DNA of 64,000 nucleotides from Camelus ferus (lineage: Eukaryota), in contig NC_045696.1 in the NCBI RefSeq assembly GCF_009834535.1, positions 65,164,001 to 65,228,000 on the forward strand, written 5' to 3'. The notes below the pieces were generated by a model. That model did not search any database. It had not been told where the DNA came from and worked only from the letters and a program-made list of their open reading frames with translations. Below are positions 23,732-36,188 of this stretch, piece by piece; position 1 is the stretch's first letter; each line of letters opens with the position of its first letter. The position numbers were made by a program, and so were the translations under genes.

Positions 23732-24439
23732 GAGTCAGTCCTCATTATTAACCTCTTCTGTCTCTGCAGATTTGCCGGCTTACTAAAATTTCTTCGCAAC
23801 TGCAAATCAATCGTCATGCTCTGACACCGTCATTCTCGGCCACAAGCAGAGCAGCCAAAAATTTGGATCCCCCACCCTGCGTGTTCATGGCTGTGGTTGA
23901 ACAAGGCTCTGCTCTACCTCCCTGTTTCATCTGTTGTGCAGGAAACAAGTGTCCTTTCCTTGGTCTATTTAGTGCCACATCTTCCCCAGAGTGTGCTTTT
24001 TGTTGATGATTTCACTGTTTAAAACAGCCCCCCAGGTGCAGTGCTGAAGGGCTGTCTAGTATTCCTAAGTGCAAGAAGGCTGTGGGGTGTCTTCAGGAGA
24101 ACACGTGTGTTAGGTAAGCCTCACTGAAGATCTTCATTCAGGCACAAGCTCCAGTTCCAGTGACTTCAACATTACTAAAGCAACAATTTATATTAAACAA
24201 GGTGTCTTTTAAAAGTATATATGTATGTATATATATAAAAGTATATATATATATGTGTGTGTGTGTGTCATACATATGTATGACACATTTATACATTAAT
24301 TGGTTGACAAAAATGTGACTAGTACTTGCAAGAATTTAAACTCTGTATTTCCCCTCAAAGCAATGGTTCAGTATTTGCTAATTCAGGGTTTGCTCTGACT
24401 TTACAGAGCACAAAGCACTGTGAATAATGAGAACTGACA
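23732..24439 (+). mobile_element. MER82 (TcMar-Tigger)
   Basis: TIRs agtcagtcctcattatt ... gaataatgagaactgac; internal aaacaagtgtcctttccttggtctatttagtgccac and gtctagtattcctaagtgcaagaaggctgtg. Confidence 0.8.
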
Positions 24440-25819
24440 TAAGGAGAGAGGTCGGCAGAGAATTTTGAAGCCCATAATGTCTGTAATATACCAGATACTT
24501 TTTCCTGTAATGTATGTGTTTACATTTTGTTTTAAAATTTATGAACTCCCTCTATGGGTAAACTTAATACACATTTCCCGTGTCCTTAACCAGTCTTGCA
24601 ATAAATGAGAGTGACTTTACCTACAACTGGAGGGTTTTCTCTTTTCTTTATTGTTCTATTCTCCAAATTTGAGAGTATTGCTCCTCATTGGACTATGAAA
24701 CACATTATCAAATTTTTCAGGGAGCTAAAGTATTATGCAAGACATTTTACAACTCTGTGTGGCAAAGGAAAAATCATCAGAGAATGCTCCTTAAAATGGG
24801 TGATGGTTTAATTTAAGGATGATTAGGTGATAGTTTAAATTAAGTCAGTGAAAAATGAAAGGAGGGCGATTCCTAGCAAGGGAGCCATATTGCAGTAGGA
24901 AAGACACGTTTGGGAGGCAGGCAGCTGGCCTGACTCCAGCCCAGGTGCACGAGAGGTCGTGACAGCAGATTGTGAGGGAGGCAGGCAAAGCTCATCATAT
25001 TAAATGGTGTGGCGTTGGGCAAGGAATTTTGTCTTCATGGAAAACTTAGAAAGCAGAAACAACATGATATCTTCTTATTTATGTCTTTGCTCCCTTGCTG
25101 ATTTATTTTAGGATGAATGATCTTTTTCTTTAGGTTTTGAAGAATGAATGAAGTAAATGACTAGGCAACTATTTTAATATTTTTAGTGTGAAATGATGGG
25201 GACCTTTACCCAAGCACTAAGAATGTAAAGGAAGAGGAGAATACAAACTGCAAGGACATGTAGGCCCAGAACTAAAAATGCCAGCAATGAACTGGGTAAT
25301 GAAAGTAACTTGAAAGGAGGAATCTAGAATGGCTCCTGATTGATTTCTATTTGTGTATTTTAGCCCTTTCTCTTCCCCACCAGCTTTTCTAAGTTTCATA
25401 AAGAAATACTTTTTAAGCAACTATTAGATTCAAAGTACTGAACAGAATTTGAGAACATGACAATGATTTAGACATGACCCTGACCTCTCAGAAGACAGCA
25501 GAGAGAGAGGAATCATCTAAGCAAATAAGAGACGTATCAGACAGATGAGCTCAAATTCTTCATCGGTCGATTATAAAATCGAGATTGTTGCCATGCTATG
25601 TTGGAGAATTAGAATTAGAATTCTGCAGAGCTTTGCAAACTGATGAAAAATAATGCAGCTATTTCCAGACCTTAATTTGTTGGTGAGTTATGGCCTTGAA
25701 AATATGTTAAGCCATAGAATAGTGTGAGGTCCTTAAGGGAAAACATTACTACATTGCCACCTATAAAGCTCACCCATTTTCAGGACCACCTAATGTGCAA
25801 GAGAAATACTGCTTTCCAC

Positions 25820-26205
25820 AGTGAGGTAGTCAGACCAGGAAAAACAAGCATATGAGAGTGACAGAAGCAGTATTAACTGGTCAAAGGGAGAATTTAAGCT
25901 GTGATGTGATTAAAATGGTGGTCCTAGCACACTCCTGGGATGGAGTGGTGGTCTCTTGAGTTGTGATGGCTCTAAGTGTGTCCCAAATTTAGGCAAAGAG
26001 TCAGGCTTTTGTACTCTGGCATCCACTAGTTATTCAAAGTGGGCTGCCCTTGGGGAGAGCGTATACATTTAATTTCAGCAGGGTGAGGACAGTTTGGACA
26101 AGGACACAGCTGCGAGCCACTAACAACGGACACTGCTCACAGCAGCTGTAGTATTGTGTACCTGGACTCTGAAAGGGAGATCTGGATTGGGTAACATAGC
26201 CTCTA
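25820..26205 (-). mobile_element. LTR16-family ERVL LTR
   Basis: gggagaatttaagctgtgatg...cagctgcgagccactaacaacggacact...ctgaaagggagatctgg. Similar to the reverse complement of 40676-41108. Confidence 0.65.
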
Positions 26206-26946
26206 CGGAAAAAATGCAAAGCTAATTAGGTCTAAACGAAATCTCCACTAACACTCCCATTTCAAATCGCCCCTCCTGAGACATATAGTAACCCCGTGTC
26301 TATTACACTTTTGTACAGCCATAATAATTATCCGTTCTCAAATTTACCTCCTTTTCCTAGGTATTGAGATGTTTTTCCACTTGTCATTTTACCCTCAAGC
26401 AAATGCCTCTGCTTCTCTAACCTCTCGTGCCTCTTTTCTAGCCATCTTTTGTTTCTCTCCATCTTTTGCCCAAGACTGACTTCTCCCTTTATTCCCAGGA
26501 AAGTGTCTTTTATCCATCTCTCTTTTTTTAAGGTTAGCAATGATTTTACACGTGAGCTAACATTTCATACAATTTTGAATAGAATCTGGAGGTGGGTCCC
26601 CTGAAATCCATTCATTCTGTAATACTAGGAATTATATCTTGCTCAGTTTTTCTGTGTTAAGACCTTCAGTGTCCAGTAGAGTAACTGGCACAGAGGTGAT
26701 GGTGATAAAGATAATAACTGTTACCTTTATCTCTTATTAATGGAACACTCCAGTTTTAGGTGAGTATGTGAATACCCTACTGCTACTGATCCATTGTTGT
26801 TGTTATTGTGGTTGTTTCAATTGGGTGTGCCCATGTGATTGAGTTTGTACCCGTGCCACACGAGTGGAATTAATGTCTACAGCTTTCTGAATATCTCCTT
26901 TAAGACGCTTATCCTGAACTCTGATTTCTCCTCTGTGGTAACGGGA

Positions 26947-26990
26947 TAACGGTAATGACTTAGAGCTGAGTAATGGTAATGACTTAGAGC
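26947..26990. repeat. Short direct duplication (20-mer twice, period 24)
   Basis: taacggtaatgacttagagc / taatggtaatgacttagagc. Confidence 0.9.
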
Positions 26991-27129
26991 ATATTTGGAA
27001 ACTTCCCTATCTGTCTTGGATTGCTCACTTCTAAACCATTATACTGGAGATAAAAACATTTTTTTTAAAAAGCCAATGCATTTTGGGATATCTTTCTAGA
27101 TCTCTAATTGTTCAAAAATCCCTCCCCCA

Positions 27130-27390
27130 AAACAGAGAGCCCTGGAAGTGGGATGCTATTATGAAAGCTATGACTACATGTGACATGCACACAGTGGCAG
27201 ATGGAAAATTCACAAATATTGTGAGTTGGAAACTGGAGAATGTCATTATGTTGTGGCAAAATGTTCCATAAAACTGTTGTTGCCCTAACTTGGAAGGCAG
27301 ACCATGTGCTCCTGAGACTATAGCTCCGAGGAAATTAACTGGCAAAATACAGAATGAATCTGTGTATTGGCTGCCACTTACAGTATTTTT
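27130..27390 (+). mobile_element. MLT1-int (MaLR internal) 5' fragment
   Basis: ggaaactggagaatg...ttatgttgtggcaaaa...aaaactgttg...taacttggaaggcagaccatgtgc. Confidence 0.55.
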
Positions 27391-27809
27391 TTTTTTAAAA
27401 AAACTGAAATCAGAATGAGCATTGTCTGTGTTGTTACATAACCTTCAGAATTACAGTTTTAATGTCTTACATCCCATAGAGTTGTTGTACTTTACTTTGC
27501 TACTGAATGATTTCCAAATATTTGTATATAATGCTGCAATGAACATCTTTGCGTATGTACTTTTCCCCGATCTTTTGGTTTAAGTAACATTTTCAGTAGT
27601 GTAATTAACATATCAAAGAGGAGAACACTTTTATAGTTCTTGAATCCTGTTTCTATATTCCATTTGAAAATCATACCAGGTTGCACTGTCATCAATGATG
27701 CCCTCATATTACAATTTTCATTTTAGTCTAAACCAGTGATGAGTACTAAAACTAAATAAAATTTTGCTAATTTAATTGCTATGATAATGTTTGTGTTGAG
27801 TTACTTTGT

Positions 27810-28325
27810 GTTTCTTCCAGGTTTATTAAGCTATAATTAGCATACTGCACTTTATAAGTGTGCAGAATAGTGATTTAATTTACATACATCATGACGTGAT
27901 TATCACAGTAAGTTAATGAACATCCATCATCTCATAAAGGTATAAAATTAAAGAAATAGAAACAAATTTTCTTCCTTGTGATAAGAACTCAGGATTTACT
28001 CTCTCAACAACTTTCATACATAACACAGAGCAGTGTTAATTATATGCATCATGTTGTACATTATATTCCTAGGACTTATTTATCTTATAACTGGAAGTTT
28101 GTACCTGTTGACAGCCTTTAACCAATTCCTCCTCCCTCCACCTTCAGTAACCACAAATCTGTTCTCTTTTTCTATGAGTTTGTATGTTTGTTCCTTTGTA
28201 TGTTTTTGAAGTATAATTGACCTACAACACTATGTTAGTTCCTGTTACACTAGATAGTGATTAGATAGTGATTCAATATTTCTATATATTTCAAAATGAT
28301 CATCACTGTAAGTCTAGTTACAAAC
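27810..28325 (-). mobile_element. L1MA9-like 3' UTR
   Basis: gaacatccatcatctcata...ggatttactctctcaacaactttca...ggacttatttatcttataactggaagtttgtacc. Confidence 0.85.
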
Positions 28326-30365
28326 TGTCAATACCTGAGAAGACATCGTTTCTTCAAGAATCCCTGGGTCCTTTATGTGGAGAATGGCATTTAGAAACCA
28401 AGACCTGCCTCTAAGTATGCTCCTTGCTACTCATGTCTTTGTGTCTAGGTTTTTAACCCCAGTAGATAAAACTAAACATATGTTTTAAAAATAATGAGTT
28501 TTAAATTAACGTTTCCAATTCTAACTCAGTATTTCAGGGCTTCTCTTAACTGTCGCCGAGTTTTTGTAAAGCTGCTTACAACCTACAATGTTCTCAACAA
28601 GAGAGACTTTCACCAAGCGATGTATACCCCAATATAGAGCTATTTTACCTCTCCCACGATGAATTTGTCCTTGCTGTCTTATTTTGGAGAAAGTTGATGG
28701 AGGGAGAGGGAGAAGAGTCTGACACAGACTGAACTATATGGAGGCACTGCTGGTTCAATGGCATTTTTTCCCGAGTGAATTTCTACAAGGAAAATGAGAT
28801 GGAAGCAGAGAATGAAATAGGAGCAGTAATTCTTTATTCTTTGGCTGCTGTAATTTTGGAGATTAGCATATTACACTTGTATAAATAAATGTTCATTATA
28901 CCAATAGATGAACATTCTTTCGAAACTTTTCAAGATTCTGTATTTATTAATCACGATCTGATTTCCTTTCTTTTCACTTCTACCAAAAATTGCACTAGAG
29001 ACCTTCACATTTCTGTATCTAACAGACCCTCTGTATCTAATCCTGATCTTACTGGATGGCTTTGTCCAGGCATTTGACGAGGCCCATCTTCATGAGAAGT
29101 TACGCTGTTATGTTCCTTTGTCAATTGTGAGACAACTCCCTTCTCCCCTTCTCTGGGCTTTTTTTTCTTCTTTCAGATGCTTTTTTTTTTTTTTTTGAAT
29201 TTCCTATATGTGCTCTTATTTTCCTGCCATCCCTTTAAAACCATAATGTGCCCAAATTCAGCTGTTGGCTCTCTGTCTTTTTCAGTATAAGAGCTCTCCT
29301 CATTTTATCAATACAGTTTAATTTGTTACTACTCATTAGACCTGCTATAAGACAGTTATAATTTATTACTTGCTTACCTAATAAAAATAAATAAGCAAAC
29401 AAAAGCAAATGGGCTGAGCATTTTAAAAATTTTCTTTTTGGCCAATGGACCAATTTTGCCCTAGAGCAAATTACTGTGGTGATGACAGAGGCAAGGGAGA
29501 AAAACTGGGGCCTTTAATAAAGAAGAAAATTCATCTTGTAACTCAACAGAACCAAGTTTTACAAATATTTCAGTTAAGGCTTAGACATATTAAATGTGGG
29601 GCAATCATCTTTGTTGGACTTATTTTGTGAACAAAAGAATTTGGATTCTAATTTGATTTTCCAAATGAAAATGGAACTTGAAAGCTGATTTTGAAGTTAT
29701 CCTTTAAGAACAATTGCCCTTTAAATGCATTTGGAATAAATGCAGAGGAGACAGACGTGGCACTTAGAAGGAATCCTTGTACATTGCATGAATAATGATA
29801 ATTGTGGCGCCAGACTTTCACAGATGAGATAAATTTAATCGACAAATGGGCTGCCAAGGAAATGACTTTCAAACTCACCTCTCATTTATTCAAGGTTATA
29901 ACTAGAATTTGTTTGCAATCATAATTTCTTATTTCACCTTTAACATCATTGCATTTCTTCTTTATGATTTCATACTAAAAAATTACATAGTTATACAAAA
30001 TTATTACTGAAATATGGTGGGGACTTTTTTTAGGAGAGGGGAGCATTTATAGCTTAGCTAATTAAGTAAAAACCAGAATTTACTAAGAAGCAAGAATAAC
30101 TTAGGCTGATTATAATAAGCTTTTAAGTAGTTAGAAACTGTACCTTTTAAAATATTCCAATTGGTGGAGGTTTCAAAGTTTGGAATTCTAAGGTATTTGT
30201 TAAAATTCGCAACTATTAATATTTCTACTATTCAGTTAACAGATTTATTTCATTGATTTGCGTTAGTGTCCCACTTATTTTCTTGCTGTATATGCAACAG
30301 AGAGTTTATTAAAATCCATGCAAAGTGTTTGCCAAGATGAACAAAACCATTCTTCATCTTTTCAG

Positions 30366-30389
30366 ATACATTATTCTAATCCAATGGAG
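30366..30389 (+). other. Candidate 24-nt microexon
   Basis: ttcttcatcttttcag|ATACATTATTCTAATCCAATGGAG|gtatgt. Length is a multiple of 3. Confidence 0.3.
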
Positions 30390-30743
30390 GTATGTTTAGC
30401 TTGGGAAAGGGGAAAATAATGCCATATCCAGAGAAGCAAGATAAAAGATAAGATTGAAAAGCCACGCGTCATAAGAAAATTTCAAAGAACACTAGAGTTC
30501 AAAATTGATCCTGACAAGAATGTCAGAGAAAACACAGTTTACTTTGATGGTTTGCATATATGTGAAAAATACTCATGTTCGCCTTACACTAACACATATT
30601 TAAATATTACACGTGAGCTTAGTTGTTCAACAACATTAGTTAAGTATATGCAGTATCTAATTTTGAGTGTGGACCTGAGTTTATAGAATTTCCAGATATG
30701 CACAAATGTCTAACTTGTGGCGCTACTGTGGAAATGTCTGCAT

Positions 30744-31061
30744 CAGCTCTATTCAATAGAAAATAATGACAGTCACAAAGGTGATTTAAATATTCCTGTA
30801 GCCACATTAAAAAAAAAACAAAAAGAAACTGGTGAAACCCATGTTATCAATAGATTTTATTTAACTCAATCTATTCAAATATGATTTTAACATATAGTCA
30901 GTATAAAATTATTAATGAGATACTTTACATTATGTTTTCATGGTAAGTTTTATAATCCATTGGTTTTTTTCTCCTATTTTTAGCCCATCTCAATCAGGAC
31001 TAGTCACATTTCAAGTGCTCAACAGCTATACCCCTGGTGATTAATATATTGGACAGCACAG
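30744..31061. mobile_element. MER33 (hAT-Charlie)
   Basis: gctctattcaatagaa...gtagccacattaaaaa...ctagtcacatttcaagtgctcaacagc...atattggacagcacag. Confidence 0.8.
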
Positions 31062-31172
31062 CTTGATACTGCTGAATCTCTGAAATCGTGGAGTTGCATG
31101 TCTTTATTATTCATGTAAAAAATCTTTGCAATTCCTTTACCCTTATCCTTCCATTCGGTTTGTGTAGGTAGC

Positions 31173-31616
31173 TATATTAGTTTCCAATGGCTGTTGGAAC
31201 AAATTTCCACAAATTTAGTGCCTTCAAACCACACAGATTTATTTTCTTATAGTTCCTGAGGTCAGAAGTCTAAAATGCATCAGCAGAGCTGTGTTCTTTC
31301 TGGAGCCTCCAGGGGAGAATCAGTCCTTGCCTTTTTCAGCTCCTAGAGTCTGTCTGCATTTTTGGTTTCTGACAGCATCACTCCAACCTCTACTTCCTTG
31401 GTCGCATCTTCTCTGACATTGATCCTTCTGCCTCCCTCTTGCAAAGACCTTTTGTAATTACATTGGACTCACCTAGATAATCTACAGTAATCTCCCCATC
31501 TCAAGATACTTAACTCAATCACATCTGTAAAGTCTCATTTACCTTATAAAGTAGCGTTCACAAGTGTGGGAGATTAAGAAATGGACATATTTAGGGGAGG
31601 CATTCCACCTACCACA
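31173..31616 (-). mobile_element. MLT1C/D MaLR solo LTR
   Basis: tatattagtttcc...ccacaaatttagtgcc...atcacatctgtaaagtc...tggacatatttaggggagg...cctaccaca. 5-bp TSD gtagc / gtacc. Confidence 0.85.
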
Positions 31617-33644
31617 GTACCCAGTCTGTTCAAGGCATGATTAAGTCTAGAAAATTCTCCAGTTACTATATACAGTATCAGTCCTAACTCAAAGATCTAC
31701 TGTTTGAATTCAAATAATGATGCTGATGCGAATGTAGTCCTTTGCCACGGACGTTTCTAAAGTAATAGTGAGACAGTCTTTCCCTTTGCAAAGTGCAGTA
31801 CCCCATTAATTTTTAGTAATTAGCATTTGGCAAACATGTCAGTTCTCAAATTTTGCTCAATTTGTGCAACTCTGATTACTTGTAGCTGTTTGTATGCATG
31901 GTCTCACACTCTGTCTGCCTTTAGTTTCTCCAATTCTAGTCTCTCTCCTGCGCCCTCATCTCCCTCACCTCTGGACTTCATTTAATTTCCCCAATTGCCC
32001 TGCTTCCTCCTACCACAGAGCCTTTGCATATGATTTCTCTCTGCCCGAGATGCTCTTTACTTGCCTCTTTTAATTAATACTGGTTTTAAGACATTTAAAA
32101 AAAAGAGCAGATCTCACTAAATTCCTCACCTTCTGTCTTTCCCTTTCTGTTATTGAAGCAGTCCTTGGCCTGACTTTATATCATTTGTGTACATCAGTGA
32201 GTGTGCGTGTGTGTAATAAACATGAGGCACAGGTCTCTGGTTACAACATGTTAAGAAAGATTTTCCTCATTTCAATCCCTGTTAAAGACAGGCAACTTTT
32301 CCTAGATTACGATTCTCCAAAATGGCCAGACAGGTATGAATTCAGACGTCATGCAGGAATCTCAATTCCAGTTCTGCATTCTGTGTGGGGCCCCAGGACT
32401 CCTCTGCTGCCCGCACGTGGTCATCAGAGAACAAGCCCCGGCGCTAACAGACCACAGCCTCCTCGGGCAGTGCCCCTTCAGCTCATTAGTTCACTGCTTT
32501 GGTATGAGGTGTCCCTGCGTTTCCCATTGTGTGGGATTTTTTTTTTTCCTTTCTTGCAAATTCAGCTATGCAAGTAAAAGTATGTTGGCTATATTTTATA
32601 GCACTTATCTAGATTGTTTGTGGAACACTTCTGGCTTTTTCTTCCACATTCCTAGAACCAGAAGTCCTCTGTACTCGTGTATTTTCATTTTTGTTATGAG
32701 GCTTAATTCTGAAAACCACATTGTCATCTACATTCTAGAGGGGAAAAAATGAGTCATCTACATTCAGGAGAATAACAATGAGTCTATGAATCAACAACAG
32801 CCAAATGACAAAAATAGAAGAAAAGTAACAAAACAGTGTCCATGAGAAGGTTTTATATTTTGTTCTTCTAGGTATTATCTGAGACAGAGTCTATGTCACT
32901 GAATTACTGTGTATTTTGTGCTTTAGCTATTGAGTCATTCAACAGGCAGCTGCCACCCTTCAGATGGTTGCCTCCCAGGCCAGAAAGTGAGAAGAAAAGG
33001 GGTCCTATTTTAACTGAGGGAGGATGAAGTCCTGCCAGTTTCCAGGGTTAGCACATACAGTGGAACCCAAGGAGGGCAGACTAGGAGACTGGCGTGCTTG
33101 GGGCACCTGTCTCCCTATATGAAAATAGTTTGTAGTGTGTTGTATGCATGTTACACAGTCAGGTTGCCCAGGAATGTTCACTCCTGGTTATTTGCAGCAG
33201 CTACATGTACTGTTATATAGCACTGAGCCCCTAACATACTTTTGCAGCAACTGTATACGCCTTTTATTCTGGGCATTTGCTGGAGTGCTGGAAAGAGTAA
33301 TATAATATTCAGAAATCATTTAAAAATGCAGAGCGTATGACACATCAGTGAAACAAATTCAATCTTAGAAGGACATCAGGAAAAGAGGTATATAATTTAG
33401 CTGCATATCGGCACATTTATTTAAATTTAAAAATTAGATTAAATGTTCTGGCTTTTATTGCTTTAATTCCCCTTGTTTCTTCCCCACTTCCCCCCTCCCT
33501 CTCTCTGTCTCCCTTTCCCTCTCTCATTTCTCACTCTGTCTTGTCTTATCCTCTTTCTATTTATCATCCTTTCTCTCATCCCAGGGTTAGGAGGTGATGG
33601 TATCACACCTGAAAATGGTGGAGAGGCAGATAATGACTGTCTCA

Positions 33645-34062
33645 CCTGGTGAGAGAGAGGATACAGGATTTGAGAGAAGGTGGGACACCAAGGACAACCT
33701 CAAGTGTTTTTGGCCTAAGAAACATGACAGGCGGAGGATGCCTTGACTGAGAATGGGGAGCACTTTTTGGAGATGCAGGTTTGTGAGGGGAGGAGAAAAC
33801 ATTTACAGTAGAGCATTGGGTCATCATAACTGTGTGTGTGTTTACCCGTTTAGGACATACTAAGTTTGTGACACCAACTAACCAAGTGAAGATGGAGAGC
33901 AGAGCACGGAAACGTGGAGGCAGGAGTGAGGCCCAGCCTGGGATGTAAACTGGAGCGCCTCACCCTGAAGATGGTAGTGAAAACCCTGGGACTGGCTGAG
34001 ATCACCAAGGAAGTGAGGGTAGGAAGGAAAGGGAAAGGAAGTCTGATGGCTGAGCCTGGGGT
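33645..34062 (-). mobile_element. L2 fragment
   Basis: ccaaggacaacctcaagtgtttttggcctaagaaac...ggacatactaagtttg...gctgagatcaccaagg...gctgagcctgggg. Confidence 0.75.
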
Positions 34063-35391
34063 ATATGGTCTGAATATTTTCAGCTCAGAAAATGTCAGCC
34101 TCTCCCTCCCTCTCCTTTTCCCTCCTCCCTCCCTCCAGCTCTATATCCTCCAGTACCTTATTCTCTTAGGAGTTAAGGGAGTTATGTTGACCAGAGGTAA
34201 AACTCCAAAGAAGATGAGGCATAACTGATTCAGATATTAGGATGCTACTTAACCATGTTCGTCCACATCTGACTCCTGAAGTGTGATTTAGATGCTAAAG
34301 AGAATTCAAAATCTAGCATTATTCATTTTAAGAACTGTATCTATTTCATCTATTTCTTATGTTATAAATATTTTAAATGATTAAAAAAAATTGCCTTAAA
34401 CTCTCCAGTAGCTACTCCTCTATGACTCTTTCTTCATCTCAAAATTTCTGCTCATGTGTAGCTTGATCAACATATTGTGAAGATCAGCATTTAAAACAGC
34501 GTGTGCTACATGATTGCAAATGGCCCAGCAGGATGCTAACTCTGTGGCTTGTTAGTCGGAGTGTCACCCTCTCCTGATGGGGTGCAGTCTTAACGGAGGT
34601 CAGGGTTCTGGACTTAGCCAGTTTACCTCTGACTCAGCAAGGTCAAACTTCCAGTTGCCCACGATTGAAAAACAGAGCTCATGTCCGCACTCCCCAGGCT
34701 CTCCTGCCCTGGAAAGGGCCTTCCGCCGTTGGTCCCTGGCAACCTGTTTTCTCCCCCATAGTGTGTGTATTTAGTGAGCTCATCTGTCACCAGATGAACA
34801 AACTGGCTCCAAAGTGACTGGTAATAGAAGACAAGTCATCAAGATGAGCAGATCTAGAAAAAGAGAGGTTCTAGTATAAAAAGAAATTTAATTTTAAAGT
34901 GGGCAGATGACAGGTACAGATGACAGCTTGCCCCAGTCATTTTATAAACCGAGAAAGCAAACAAAACAAGCCAACCACACATGTGTATGTGTATTTTTGG
35001 GAGGCAAAAATGAGGGTCAGGCATCAGATGTTTCTTTCTGGTATGAAATATGTGTAAAAAATTATTCAATGTTCACTACTGTTTTCATGTGAGTCTTGTT
35101 TTCCTTCCACATTTGAATTGGAAGCAAAGATATCTGAGCGTGCATTTTCGCTCCGCAGTTAAGCAGCTGCGTGACCTTGCCCTTATCATGTCATACTTTG
35201 AGTCCTTAGTTTCCTAATCAATTAAAAAGAAGGACTGGATAAGATTTTTCAAAGACACTCCCCCTTCAGCTCTGAAATCATCTCACGTTGTGGCCTGATA
35301 CCTCGGTCTAGGGTCCTAGCAAAATAAAATCTTTATTTTAAAGTAGGTGTTGAAACCAGTTAAAAAGAGACAGTTTATATTATGGCCTGAA

Positions 35392-35560
35392 TCAGTGCTT
35401 TTAAAAGATGAATGGCCATTTGACTTACCTGGGGATTTTCCTGAAGTGAAGATTCTGATTTCACAAGCCTGGGGCAGGGCCTGAGATTCTGCATCACTAA
35501 CTGGCTCCCAGGAGATGTTCATGTTCCAGGTCCAAGCACCATACCTTGATCAGCAACAAT
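35392..35560. mobile_element. MER5A/B (hAT-Charlie)
   Basis: gattctgatttcacaagcctggggcagggcctgagattctgcat...gctcccaggagatg. Confidence 0.75.
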
Positions 35561-36161
35561 CTCGATAACTGTAGGGGTTCCCATTTTAGAGTCACACTCA
35601 CCACCTAGTCCCTCTCAAACATACACACACAGTTCCCATAACCCAATGTTTTATTTTAAAGATTAAGCTTAAATAGTTTTTCCCCGAAACTAACATCAAA
35701 CTAAGTCAATTTAGAAACCAAATAAATTTAGAAATAATTTCAATTATTATCTGAATATTTTAGTGCATTCAGAATTAAATAGATTTAATAGTAATTACTT
35801 TTTATATAATTCAGTGATTTTTAAAAAAACTGATTGACTGGTTTCTTGTCAATAGAATAAAAGTATGATATGTCATCTCAACTTGCCTCTTCTCCCTTCT
35901 GCAAAAAATCCCCACGGTGCCTAATTCACTCTAGTCATCATAACAATGCCATTGGGAATAGTCACTGTATGAAAAAGCCCAGTACAGGTGCTTCGGGATT
36001 TACTTTCAGTTTCCATTAAACTTTCTTCTTTCTCTCAGTCTGATTTATGTCAGGTCCTGGACCTATGAAACTCATATTAATTTGGACAGCTGGCCCCTGC
36101 CTTTAAGCTGAGAGAGAGCTGGAAGATATTTTATTAATCACTGCCTCCCTCTTACCAAATA

Positions 36162-36188
36162 TACACACACACACACACACACACACAT
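36162..36188. repeat. (CA)n microsatellite
   Basis: About 13 uninterrupted CA units. Confidence 0.95.

Noticed and set aside
32185..32752. Overlapping 130- and 138-aa ORFs
   Set aside because: No recognisable homology, no convincing splice-site pair, and low-complexity composition.
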